Source of the DNA: an uncultured bacterium
GTDB taxonomy: Bacteria > Patescibacteriota > Minisyncoccia > Phycocordibacterales > DATDWN01
Assembly: GCA_903861205.1 (NCBI GenBank)
Contig: CAIOTC010000022.1
Location: forward strand, 66,025-106,717
Direction of reading: 5' to 3'
DNA: 40,693 nucleotides
Part shown: positions 9,716 to 18,859 of the stretch, piece by piece
Layout: each line of letters starts with the position of its first letter
Numbering within the stretch: position 1 is the first letter of the stretch
Program-made: the position numbers and the translations under genes
The notes under the pieces: generated by a model
Databases searched by the model: none
The model's input: only the letters and a program-made list of their open reading frames with translations
What the model was told of the DNA's origin: nothing

Positions 9716-9967
9716 ATGTTCAATATCTCATCATTTCTAGAAAAATTTTCCAAAAATATTTTGTCGCAGGAAGCGAATACTAAAGAAATTTGCGATATTA
9801 TTTCCAGTAAAACAGGAATTGTTTGCGACCAAAACAAAATAAAAATTCAAAATGGTGTTTTATATCTGAATATTTCTCCCGGAGCCAAGAATAAAATTTT
9901 TATGAACAAAAACGCCATTTTGGATGAAATGGCTCGTACCACACCAAAAATAATAGATATAAGATAA
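9716..9967 (+). CDS. Small protein, possibly DciA/DUF721-like
   Basis: GVLYLNISPGAKNKIFMNKNAIL..IIDIR resembles the DUF721 core; located after dnaN. Confidence 0.5.
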   Translation: MFNISSFLEKFSKNILSQEANTKEICDIISSKTGIVCDQNKIKIQNGVLYLNISPGAKNKIFMNKNAILDEMARTTPKIIDIR

Positions 9968-9992
9968 AAAACACCTCACTCGAGATGTTTTT

Positions 9993-12173
9993 TTAGTTGT
10001 ATCCATTCTGCAAAGCCCATTTGCGCACTCCATATTCCCATCTTTCGAATTGCGAATCATCCGCAGGATTGGATGGTTGTGATCCGCGCGGGTCATCTTT
10101 ATTCAACCAGTATAGTATTGAGTGCACACCTCCGCTTAAAACTTCCTGAAGGCTGTTGTATGGAGTGTTCGGGTCAATCACGGTGTTTGCGGTGATATTG
10201 GAAATACCGCCTTGCCACTTGCCGCGCAGGACTGGTTTGAGAGAATATGAATCTTCCACTTGTGGTTTAGTAAATTGTTCGTTTGGCACGGTTTTGAGTA
10301 CTTCGTCCATAAAAGCCCGCCACATCGGGGCGACAATCAGGCCGGACACTTTCTTGGCCATCGGCGTGTTGTCGTTGTTTCCGGCCCATGTGCCAACCAC
10401 CACTGACGGCGTATAACCAATAATCCAAGCATCTTTGTAATCGTTGGTGGTACCGGTTTTGACAGCTACATCTCGGCTGGGGAAATAAATAACCGAATTG
10501 GCGCCATATAAAGGTGTTCTGGCGGCATTATCGTTTAAAATGTCGGAAATATTTCTAGTCACTTCCGGATCCAAAACTTGGTTTGGATGTGGGGTGGCTT
10601 CTTCTAAAACATTTCCATCTTTGTCTTGCACTTCCAAAATAGCGGTGTACGGATTTCGCACTCCCTCATTGGCAAAAACACCATAAGCCGATGTCATGTC
10701 GAGCAGGGAAACTTCGCCGCCTCCGAGAACGAGCGTCAGACCGTACTGGTTGGCGTTGCCGAGGCTTTTTATTCCCATATCTTCGGCCAGATTAATCGAA
10801 TCACCGATGCCGGCCAGATAGAGCGTTTTGACAGATGGCACGTTGATGGACTGAGCCAGAGCGTCGCGCAAAGTCATTGGTCCGCGGAACTTATCGTCGT
10901 AGTTTTGCGGTGCATAGCAAGAACCGTCAGAAGTTGTAGTGAAATTGTCGATAGCGCATTTGGTGGAGAATTGGGTTGGTACGTCAAAGAGAACTGTTTC
11001 CGGGGTGAAGCCTTTAACAAAAGCCTCGGCATAGACGAATGGTTTGAAAGTTGATCCCGGCTGGCGGTGAGCGGTGGTGACGTTGAACTGACCGTCGATA
11101 GTCGTGTCAAAAAAGTCGCGCGAACCAACCATTGTCAGAATGCCACCTGTTTTCGGGTCGATGGCCACGAAAGAGTCGTTTGAACCGTTGAAGTTCTCTT
11201 CGTTCGAAGTGGCATACTGTTTGGCGATGGCTTCGGCTTTGGCTTGCAGGTCGTAGTTGAGAGTAGTGGTCACTTTCAATCCGCCGGCAGCTAAAACATC
11301 CGCGCCATATTTATTTTCCAAATAATCTTTGACGTACATGACAAAATGCGGAGCCTTCAAACTGTTGTCTGTGTGCGGCAGGAATGTTACCTTTTCCGTC
11401 ATGGCGATGTCGTGCTCCGCTTGCGAGATTTTTCCGTCAGAAAGCATTTCTTTCAGAACCAAATTTTTTCTTTTTTCCAAATCAGAGAGGTGCGAACCGT
11501 ACGGAGAATAATACGACGGCGCCTGCGGCAGGGAAGCTAGGTAAGCCGACTCGGCGATGTCCAGGTCGGCCGCGCTTTTGCCGAAAAATGTTTCGGAGGC
11601 TTCCTCAACGCCGTAAACGCTCCCGCCGTACGGAATTTCGTTGAGGTACATGCTGAAAATTTCTTCTTTGGTCAGCACTTTTTCCAGTTTGAGAGACAGT
11701 ACAAGCTCTTTCAGTTTTCGTGTTGGTGTTTTGTCGCCGGTCAGAATGGCGTTCTTGACAACTTGCTGGGTGATGGTTGATCCGCCCTGACTGAAGCTGA
11801 AGGAGGTGATATCGGCGATGAGCGAGCGCGCAATCGACGACCATTTTACTCCGCCATGAGTGTAAAAATCTTTGTCCTCGATAGACAAGGTAGCGTCTTT
11901 GATATGTTGAGAAATTTGATCGAAAGGAATGACGGTTCTTTTGATGTTCTGCGACATGTCATAAAGCAGAACTTTGCCGGTATTGTCGTAGATTTTGGTC
12001 GATTGGCTGATTTGGCGCGATTCGATAGTGTCGAGCGACGGGATCTGAAAAGTGGAGACCCAGATAAGTAAAAAGCCGGCCAAAAAAATTCCGCAGGCAA
12101 GCAAAAAAACGATGATGTTGCGCAATCCGTGCTTTTTGAGCACCACAAATTTATTCAACATTCTTCTCATCAT
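9993..12173 (-). CDS. Class A penicillin-binding protein (PBP1A family)
   Basis: EDKDFYTH, GGSTITQQ, RKLKE transglycosylase motifs; STFK, SIN, KTG transpeptidase motifs. Confidence 0.95.
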   Translation of the reverse strand: MMRRMLNKFVVLKKHGLRNIIVFLLACGIFLAGFLLIWVSTFQIPSLDTIESRQISQSTKIYDNTGKVLLYDMSQNIKRTVIPFDQISQHIKDATLSIEDKDFYTHGGVKWSSIARSLIADITSFSFSQGGSTITQQVVKNAILTGDKTPTRKLKELVLSLKLEKVLTKEEIFSMYLNEIPYGGSVYGVEEASETFFGKSAADLDIAESAYLASLPQAPSYYSPYGSHLSDLEKRKNLVLKEMLSDGKISQAEHDIAMTEKVTFLPHTDNSLKAPHFVMYVKDYLENKYGADVLAAGGLKVTTTLNYDLQAKAEAIAKQYATSNEENFNGSNDSFVAIDPKTGGILTMVGSRDFFDTTIDGQFNVTTAHRQPGSTFKPFVYAEAFVKGFTPETVLFDVPTQFSTKCAIDNFTTTSDGSCYAPQNYDDKFRGPMTLRDALAQSINVPSVKTLYLAGIGDSINLAEDMGIKSLGNANQYGLTLVLGGGEVSLLDMTSAYGVFANEGVRNPYTAILEVQDKDGNVLEEATPHPNQVLDPEVTRNISDILNDNAARTPLYGANSVIYFPSRDVAVKTGTTNDYKDAWIIGYTPSVVVGTWAGNNDNTPMAKKVSGLIVAPMWRAFMDEVLKTVPNEQFTKPQVEDSYSLKPVLRGKWQGGISNITANTVIDPNTPYNSLQEVLSGGVHSILYWLNKDDPRGSQPSNPADDSQFERWEYGVRKWALQNGYN

Positions 12174-12279
12174 ATCACATTTGTGCTAACATTGAAATAT
12201 GTAAGGGAAGCTGAGGGAGCGAAGCGAACACTCATGCGGACACTTATGCCGCGGTAATCCGTGGCGAACAGATAAAAAA

Positions 12280-13485
12280 ATGAAAATAGACATTAACCCA
12301 GAAAAAATTGATGAAGTTTTGACGCGCGGAATCGAAAATATTTTTCCGAGTGCGGATTTTTTGAAAGCAAAACTTTTGAGCGGACAAAAACTTTCCATTT
12401 ATCTCGGCATTGACCCGACCGGTCCGACTTTGCATCTCGGCCATGTTATTCAGCTTGTTCGGCTTGGCAAACTTCAAGAACTCGGCCACCAAATCATTTT
12501 GCTTATGGGTGACATCACGGCCATGATCGGCGACCCTACGGACAAAAATGCTGCGCGGAAAAAATTGACACACGAGCAGGTGATGGAAAATTTGAAAGAA
12601 TATAAAAAGCAGGCCTCCAAATTTATTTCATTCGACGGTGAAAATCCGGTTTTGTTAAAATTTAATTCCGAATGGTTTGGTAAAATGAGTTTTATCGATT
12701 TTTTGGAACTGGCTTCGAACGGCACGGTGGGCCAGATGATGAAAAGGGACATGTTCCGACGTCGCGAACAAGAAGAAAAGGAAACCTACATTCATGAGCT
12801 AATGTATCCGCTGATGCAAGGCTACGACAGTGTGGCGCTCGATGTCGACGGTGAAATCGGCGGAAACGACCAGACATTTAATATGCTTGTCGGTCGTGAT
12901 TTGATGAAAGTTTTGAAAAACAAAGAAAAATTTGTCATCGCCACAAAACTTTTGGTTGACTCGAGCGGACAAAAAATGGGCAAGACCGACGGCAACGCCG
13001 TCTCGCTGGATCAAACTCCGGAGGATATGTTCGGTAAAGTGATGAGTTGGGACGACGAGCTGATTATTCACGGTTTTGAAATTATCACCGACGTGCCTAT
13101 GAGCGTGCTCCAGGACATGGCCGATAAATTGACCAAAGGCGCCAATCCAAAAGAAATGAAAATGAAATTGGCCAAAGAAATCGTTTCGATGTGTCACTCA
13201 CAGGAGGAGGCGGAAAGAGCCGAAAAAGATTTTGAAAAAACTTTTGCCAAAGGTGGCGTGCCGGATGACGTGGCAGAAGTTGAAGTGGCGGAAAATGTTC
13301 CGTTGGTGGATATTTTACTAACCGAAAAAATTATCGAATCCAAAACAGAATGGCGGCGATTGGTGGATGGTGGTGCGGTAACGGAGATGAGCGGTGTAGA
13401 AAAAATTACTGACGCAAATGTCGTCGCAAAAACTGGAACGTATAAAATAGGGAAGAGAAGATTTATAAAAATCGAAGTAAAATAA
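12280..13485 (+). CDS. tyrS: Tyrosine--tRNA ligase
   Basis: GIDPTGPTLHLGH, YPLMQGYD, GGNDQTFN, KMGKT, C-terminal S4-like domain. Confidence 0.98.
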   Translation: MKIDINPEKIDEVLTRGIENIFPSADFLKAKLLSGQKLSIYLGIDPTGPTLHLGHVIQLVRLGKLQELGHQIILLMGDITAMIGDPTDKNAARKKLTHEQVMENLKEYKKQASKFISFDGENPVLLKFNSEWFGKMSFIDFLELASNGTVGQMMKRDMFRRREQEEKETYIHELMYPLMQGYDSVALDVDGEIGGNDQTFNMLVGRDLMKVLKNKEKFVIATKLLVDSSGQKMGKTDGNAVSLDQTPEDMFGKVMSWDDELIIHGFEIITDVPMSVLQDMADKLTKGANPKEMKMKLAKEIVSMCHSQEEAERAEKDFEKTFAKGGVPDDVAEVEVAENVPLVDILLTEKIIESKTEWRRLVDGGAVTEMSGVEKITDANVVAKTGTYKIGKRRFIKIEVK

Positions 13486-13524
13486 AAATTCCCCTAGGCC
13501 TCGCCTAGGGGAATTTTTATTTTA
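13478..13524. terminator. Bidirectional intrinsic terminator
   Basis: 22-bp perfect arms taaaataaaaattcccctaggc-ctc-gcctaggggaatttttatttta between convergent genes. Confidence 0.8.
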
Positions 13525-13740
13525 TAACAAATCGACATCGTCGTAAGAATCCTCGGCCAACTCCTCTTCCTCCGCTTCAGCTAAATCGTCAAGTGATTCT
13601 TCATCTTCGCCCAACTTTTTTACATGTTTATGTAGCAACAAATCATCATCCTCATCGAGGGGTAATTCGTCATCAACTTCCGGCAGTAATACCTCTCCTT
13701 TTAATTCATCCAAGTCTTCTTTTTTTTCTTCGTCATCCAT
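13522..13740 (-). CDS. Small highly acidic protein
   Basis: 72-aa D/E-rich ORF ending in the terminator. Confidence 0.65.
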   Translation of the reverse strand: MDDEEKKEDLDELKGEVLLPEVDDELPLDEDDDLLLHKHVKKLGEDEESLDDLAEAEEEELAEDSYDDVDLL

Positions 13741-13865
13741 ATCAATTTAATTTAAAATTTTAAATTTTGCTTATAATTTCCATATTTGTAACAAATTATA
13801 AAATTTTTGCAAACACATTTTGCAATTTAAATGTGGATAAGTAAAATTTAATTTTTTACTCACCG

Positions 13866-13968
13866 AAAACAATTTTGGAGTACGCGTCCAAAATCTGCTG
13901 ATTTTGGCGCTCGCACTCCGCCCGCCGGCGTCCGTGAGCCTCCAAAATTGTTTTGGTTCGACAAAATT
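13866..13968. repeat. Long-hairpin intergenic element, copy 4
   Basis: 15-bp perfect TIR aaaacaattttggag / ctccaaaattgtttt; closely similar to the reverse complement of 15513-15615. Confidence 0.8.
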
Positions 13969-13973
13969 AAATT

Positions 13974-14456
13974 TTACTTATCTGCTTTATTAATTGCAAA
14001 GTGTGTCAGGCCTATGGCGATGGCGTCGAATTCGTCGTCGGAACTTTTTCCTTTTGGCACGACAATCAACTTTTTGACCATATCGATGATTTGTCTCTTC
14101 TCGCTTTTACCGTATCCGGTCACGGCGATTTTGATACAAGCAGGAGTATACTCAAAAACATGAAGTCCGTTTGAACTGGCCGCATACAAAATCACTCCGC
14201 GCGCTTCGGCGACGAGGAGTGCCGTTTTTTGGTTATTACTGAAATATAATTTTTCGGTAGCAAGCACCTCCGGCGAAAATTTTTCAATAGTTTCTTTTAT
14301 TTTATTGCCAATCAGTGTCAGCCGTTCGTGATGGGGGATTTTGGCGGAAGTTTTGAAACATTCCGAATACAGTAAAATTTCTTTCTGTCTCGGCAACTTT
14401 TCCAAAACGGCGATTCCGAGACGTTCATAACCTGGATCAATGGCGAGAATTTTCAT
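13974..14456 (-). CDS. ruvC: Holliday junction resolvase RuvC
   Basis: ILAIDPGYERLG, EARGVI, DDEFDAIAIG. Confidence 0.95.
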   Translation of the reverse strand: MKILAIDPGYERLGIAVLEKLPRQKEILLYSECFKTSAKIPHHERLTLIGNKIKETIEKFSPEVLATEKLYFSNNQKTALLVAEARGVILYAASSNGLHVFEYTPACIKIAVTGYGKSEKRQIIDMVKKLIVVPKGKSSDDEFDAIAIGLTHFAINKADK

Positions 14457-14472
14457 ATACAAATTTTATCAC

Positions 14473-14530
14473 AAAAAACACAAGGGTTCCCTTCATGGTT
14501 CGGAATTACGAGGGGAACCCTTGTGTTTTT
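14473..14530. repeat. Inverted repeat / terminator-like hairpin between yebC and ruvC
   Basis: aaaaacacaagggttcccttc-N15-gaggggaacccttgtgttttt. Confidence 0.65.
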
Positions 14531-15059
14531 ACTCCGCATTCGTGTACACTTCCTGCACTTCGTCGTTTTCTTCTAGCGCGTCGACTAACTCGCCGAGCTT
14601 TTCACCATCTTCGTCGGAAAGGGGAATTGTGGTCGTGGCGTTCCATTCCATGCTTGGCAGTCGCTCAAAGGCCCAGGTGACCGAGCCGATACCGGCGATG
14701 GAAAATCCTTGTTCAGAGAGAATATGTTTTATCTCCGCCACCGCCTTGTTTCTGTTGTCTGTCAGGGCTTCAATAATAATTCCGCAACCGCCCGGGCCGT
14801 AGGCCTCGTAGGTAATCGATTCCATGGTCGCGCCACCTTCCGAGAATTTTTTAATCGCTCGTTCTATGTTGTCGTTTGGCACATTGGCCGCTTTGGCTTT
14901 ATCAACGGCAGTTCTGACACCAGGGGCATTTCTGTCACCATTAGCTTTCTTGGCTTCTGCTGTAATCATCTTGACCAGCTTGCCGAAAATCTTGGACTTC
15001 TGCCCGTCCGTTTTTTCCTTTTGCCTTTTAATTTTTGACCATTTATTATGTCCGCTCAT
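14529..15059 (-). CDS. yebC: YebC/PmpR family protein (short form)
   Basis: MSGHNKWSKIKR, YEAYGPGG, EVQEVYTN; 176 aa. Confidence 0.93.
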   Translation of the reverse strand: MSGHNKWSKIKRQKEKTDGQKSKIFGKLVKMITAEAKKANGDRNAPGVRTAVDKAKAANVPNDNIERAIKKFSEGGATMESITYEAYGPGGCGIIIEALTDNRNKAVAEIKHILSEQGFSIAGIGSVTWAFERLPSMEWNATTTIPLSDEDGEKLGELVDALEENDEVQEVYTNAE

Positions 15060-15127
15060 ATGGATAGAATATAGAATAATGAATAAAGAATCAAGATAAA
15101 AGAAAAAGGTCAGGATTTCCCTGACCG

Positions 15128-15442
15128 CTAGCTCGTGATAACGAGATGAACCATTTTATTGTAATTTCTTTCGGCGACATGAACGGCAGTTTTGATTGCT
15201 CTTGTCTTTTGTTTTTGCATCTCCTTTTTACTAACAATTGTGTTTGTTTTGACAAATGCCGTTCCAAGAGTAACAGCTCGTAATTCTGGGAGACAAACTG
15301 ATGCCTTGTAACAAAATTGGTTGTGGAACCTTACGATTTTTGTAAAAACAGAAAGTTTTCCCAACCTGCTCGAGTAAACCGTCATTGTGTAACCTCCGAC
15401 AACAAAACTACTCTTTTGTAAAATTTTGTCAATAACAACCAA
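15128..15442 (-). CDS. Small basic orphan protein (start uncertain)
   Basis: ORF followed by hairpin ggtcagg..cctgacc plus T-run on the minus strand. Confidence 0.45.
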   Translation of the reverse strand: MVVIDKILQKSSFVVGGYTMTVYSSRLGKLSVFTKIVRFHNQFCYKASVCLPELRAVTLGTAFVKTNTIVSKKEMQKQKTRAIKTAVHVAERNYNKMVHLVITS

Positions 15443-15507
15443 AAATTAATACCAAAGGTCTGGCCTTTAATGCCCAATTTCCCAAGGCCAGACCTTGGGT
15501 GCGGGCG

Positions 15508-15633
15508 CAAAAATTTCGTCGAGGCAAAGCAATTTTGGGGGCTCACGGACGCTGGCGAGCGGAGTGCGAGCGCAAAAAATAGCAATTTTTTGACGCGCAC
15601 CCCAAAATTGTTTTGGCTCGTAAGAAATTTTTG
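15508..15633. repeat. Long-hairpin intergenic element, copy 5 (inverted homologue of copy 4)
   Basis: Arms caaaaatttcgtcgag..caattttgggg / ccccaaaattg..ctcgtaagaaatttttg. Confidence 0.8.
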
Positions 15634-15641
15634 AGCACAAT

Positions 15642-16661
15642 TTATAATAGCGTCGGTGGATTCATTCCTAAATGCCTATACGCATGCTCGGTGGCGGTGC
15701 GGCCGCGGGGCGTGCGGTCGATGAAGCCGATTTGGATGAGGTACGGTTCGTTGAACTCCTCAATGGTTGCTTCTTCCTCAGATAATGAAGATGCGATAGT
15801 ATTGAGACCGACAGGGCCACCTCCAAATTTGTTAATTATTGTTTCCAAAATATCCCTGTCGGCAAAAGTCAGTCCTTTTTCATCGACTCCTAAAAGTTTC
15901 AAGGCTTCCATGACAGATTCTCGCGTCAAATTTGTTTTGTTGACCTGGGCATAGTCGCGGGCGCGTTTCAAAAAGTAGTTGGCTGTGCGCGGAGTGTATC
16001 GACTGCGTTTGGAAATTTCCTCGCCGGCATCTTTTTCGATTTCAACTCCGAGAATTTTGGCCGAGCGTTCCACGATTTTTTGTATTTCGTCCGGTGAATA
16101 AAATTCCAGTTTGAAAATACCACCCGAGAATCGTGAGCGCAGGGGAGAGGAAATCATGGCGATTCGGGTGGTGGCGCCGATGAGCGTGAACGGTGGAAGT
16201 TCGAGCTGAATCGTTCGCGCTGACGGACCTTTGCCGATAATAATGTCGAGTGAGCCGGATTCCATAGCCGGATACAAAATTTCCTCAATCGTTTTATTCA
16301 GTCGGTGAATTTCGTCGATAAAAAGAATGTCGCCAGGCGAAAGGTTGGTTAAAATGCTTGCCAAGTCGCCAACTTTTTCAATGGCCGGTCCGGATGTCAC
16401 TTTCATTTGCGCATTCATCTCCTTGGCCACCAAATGAGCCAGCGTTGTCTTGCCAAGCCCGGGCGGACCGTAGAAAAGAATGTGCTCCGGCGGATGCTTG
16501 CGCTCGGAAGCGGCAGAGAGTAATATATGGAGGTTCTTTTTGATGGATGTCTGCCCGATGTATTCGTCCCATTTTGCTGGTCGCAGGGTGGTATCGAGAA
16601 AAAGGCTGTCGCTATCTGAATTGTTTGCTGCATCATTCACATTTACTTTTTTACTTGACAT
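15642..16661 (-). CDS. ruvB: Holliday junction branch migration helicase RuvB
   Basis: GPPGLGKTTLA, FIDEIHRL, GATTR, RTPRGR. Confidence 0.98.
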   Translation of the reverse strand: MSSKKVNVNDAANNSDSDSLFLDTTLRPAKWDEYIGQTSIKKNLHILLSAASERKHPPEHILFYGPPGLGKTTLAHLVAKEMNAQMKVTSGPAIEKVGDLASILTNLSPGDILFIDEIHRLNKTIEEILYPAMESGSLDIIIGKGPSARTIQLELPPFTLIGATTRIAMISSPLRSRFSGGIFKLEFYSPDEIQKIVERSAKILGVEIEKDAGEEISKRSRYTPRTANYFLKRARDYAQVNKTNLTRESVMEALKLLGVDEKGLTFADRDILETIINKFGGGPVGLNTIASSLSEEEATIEEFNEPYLIQIGFIDRTPRGRTATEHAYRHLGMNPPTLL

Positions 16662-16683
16662 TGTAATTCATTTGTGATAAGCT
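16655..16683 (+). promoter_or_regulatory. Sigma70-type promoter for the intergenic ncRNA
   Basis: TTGACA-N17-TAAGCT with extended TG. Confidence 0.55.
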
Positions 16684-16689
16684 TCCAGT

Positions 16690-16880
16690 GACTTTGAAAA
16701 AGGGGTTCGAAAACATAAATCTCTAAGCAACTGAGCCGTAAGGTTTACGAGTTTTTATACGAGGACGTTCTGGTCAACACCTTGTGTGTTGTACTGTGAC
16801 TATCCTTTGTCAAAAACTTAGCTTTTGGTAGGATTATTAAAAGTGTTGCTTAGAGATTCATGGTTTTGAACTCTCTCTAC
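16690..16880 (+). ncRNA. Candidate 6S-like rod-shaped ncRNA
   Basis: ~30-bp closing stem (ggggttcgaaaacataaatctctaagcaac / gttgcttagagattcatggttttgaactct) with G-U pairs on +, central bubble, inner stem; no ORF. Confidence 0.55.
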
Positions 16881-16933
16881 CATTCATACTACTCACCACT
16901 TTTCTTTTCGCAAGTGGAAAACTGATTACAACT

Positions 16934-18610
16934 CTACTCTTTATAAATATCAACCGTTCTCTCCAGTTCGGAGAGGGTTGTCATGCCTTGCAGAATTTTT
17001 ATCACGCCGTCTTGTTTCAAATTTAAAATATTTTGAGGCAGGGCGGCTTTGTTTATTTCTCGCTCGCTCGGATTCTCTTTGACAATTTGCTCGATGGCCT
17101 CGTCCATCAAAATAGCTTCGTAAATTCCGATTCTACCTTTAAATCCGGTCATATTGCATTTGTCACAGCCGACATTTTGCCACATGTGTCCGGTGTCGAG
17201 GCCGTCTAGATATGTTTTGTCGGTGATTGTCTCCAAAATTTTATCAATTTCTTTTTTGTCCAAATCTTTGATCTCAATTTGTTTTTTGCAAACAGGACAA
17301 AGTGTGCGCACGAGGCGTTGAGCCATGGTGATGTTGACCGATGACGACAAAATTTTCGGGTTAACGCCGAGATCGATCAGGCGCGGGAAAGTGCCGGCAG
17401 CGTCGTTGGTGTGCAGGGTCGAGAGAACGAGGTGGCCGGTCAGGGCGGAGTTAACGGCGATTTCAGCCGTCTCGCTGTCGCGGATTTCACCGACCATAAT
17501 AATGTCGGGATCTTGTCGCAAGGCGCTGCGCAGTCCGAGAGCGAAAGTGTAATTCTTGGCCTCGTCCGTTTGTGTCTGAACAATGCCGGGCAGGTGGTAC
17601 TCGATCGGGTTTTCGATGGTGATTATTTTGACTTCCGGCTTGTGAATTTTTTTCAGGAAAGCGTACAGCGCGGTTGTTTTTCCGGAGCCGGTCGGCCCGG
17701 TGGTCAATATCATGCCGTTTGGTTTGGAGAGCTCTTTCAGGACGATTTTTAGCAAGCGCGGGTGAATGCCGAGCTCCTCAAGCGGAACTTCGATGGAATC
17801 AGGATTGAGAAGTCGGAGCACAATTGAATCGTTGTAGGCGCCGGGGATCGTCGATGTTCTAATCTCGATTTCTTTTTCGTGCAGTTTGATGCTGAATCGT
17901 CCGTCCTGGGCGCTTCGCAAATTCAATTTCAAATTTGAAATCAGTTTGATGCGCGAAAGAATCAATTTGAAAGTGTCGTTGTCGAACTGCAGAATGTCGG
18001 TCAAGATGCCGTCGAGTCGATATCGCAGGCGAGTGTAGTTTTCCTCCGGCTCAAGGTGGACATCGGAGGCGTTGACTGCGATGGCGCCGGCCAAAACGAT
18101 TTCCAAAATTCTGGAAATCTTGTAGCCTTTGTTCATTTTTAAAATATCCTCAATCAATTTTTGGACGTCGCCCACGGTGTGAACTTGCGACAGGAATTCG
18201 GTGATCTGATCGTTGGAAATATCGAGAGCGCCGGATTTTGTTTCAAAAGAATACGACAAATCTTTGTATCTCTCCCATATTTTTTCCAATCCAGTGTGCG
18301 AAACCAGGAAAATTTCCGGCAAGTATCCTCTTTTTTTCAAACTGTCCAGATTCTCAATCGTTTTCGGATTGTTCGGCGAGAGAACGCCGACAGAAAGTTT
18401 TTTATCGATTTCGTTGAACACACCCATCTGTCCCTCGCGAGCTTCGATTTCGGACAGTGCCCGCAAAGCATCAACGTTTACCGGCGTGATGGTCAGGTCG
18501 AGGTAGGGGAGTTTGTACTTGGACGACATGGTTTGCGCCAAATCTTCCTCTTCCTTGTCGCGTAATTCACCCAACCACTTTTTTTGTTTGTCTTCATCAA
18601 ACTGAACCAT
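16934..18610 (-). CDS. pilB: GspE/PulE/PilB family pilus assembly ATPase
   Basis: TGPTGSGKTT, LRQDPDIIMVGEIRD, TGHLVLSTLHTN, two CxxC motifs. Confidence 0.9.
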   Translation of the reverse strand: MVQFDEDKQKKWLGELRDKEEEDLAQTMSSKYKLPYLDLTITPVNVDALRALSEIEAREGQMGVFNEIDKKLSVGVLSPNNPKTIENLDSLKKRGYLPEIFLVSHTGLEKIWERYKDLSYSFETKSGALDISNDQITEFLSQVHTVGDVQKLIEDILKMNKGYKISRILEIVLAGAIAVNASDVHLEPEENYTRLRYRLDGILTDILQFDNDTFKLILSRIKLISNLKLNLRSAQDGRFSIKLHEKEIEIRTSTIPGAYNDSIVLRLLNPDSIEVPLEELGIHPRLLKIVLKELSKPNGMILTTGPTGSGKTTALYAFLKKIHKPEVKIITIENPIEYHLPGIVQTQTDEAKNYTFALGLRSALRQDPDIIMVGEIRDSETAEIAVNSALTGHLVLSTLHTNDAAGTFPRLIDLGVNPKILSSSVNITMAQRLVRTLCPVCKKQIEIKDLDKKEIDKILETITDKTYLDGLDTGHMWQNVGCDKCNMTGFKGRIGIYEAILMDEAIEQIVKENPSEREINKAALPQNILNLKQDGVIKILQGMTTLSELERTVDIYKE

Positions 18611-18702
18611 GTGATTATTGTATCATAGTTGTAAATATACGAATATGCGAATAATGCGAATCTACGAATGGTTACGAATAAGAAAATGTGTCCGATTTAA
18701 TT

Positions 18703-18795
18703 CTCCCTTTATTAAAGGGAGCACTCGCTAATGCGAGGAGGGATTTTTGGATTTCAAATCCCTCGGCCTTCGGCCACCTCCTTTAAAAAAGGAGG
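18703..18795. repeat. REP-like double hairpin
   Basis: ctcccttt-att-aaagggag ... gagggattt..aaatccctc, ggcc-ttc-ggcc, cctccttt..aaaggagg. Confidence 0.55.
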
Positions 18796-18806
18796 AATAT
18801 TTGTCC

Positions 18807-18835
18807 TTGACAGAAAAGCTGAAAGGGTGTATAAT
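18807..18835 (+). promoter_or_regulatory. Perfect consensus sigma70 promoter
   Basis: TTGACA-N17-TATAAT. Confidence 0.8.
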
Positions 18836-18859
18836 AGTAAGTGGAGGTGCGAAAAGCAC

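Noticed and set aside
12186-12279. T-box riboswitch upstream of tyrS
   Set aside because: Leader is about 100 nt and lacks the T-box consensus and terminator
18731-18859. Longer N-terminus for the secreted orphan
   Set aside because: It spans a REP-like hairpin and the perfect promoter; the signal peptide starts at 18860 or just after
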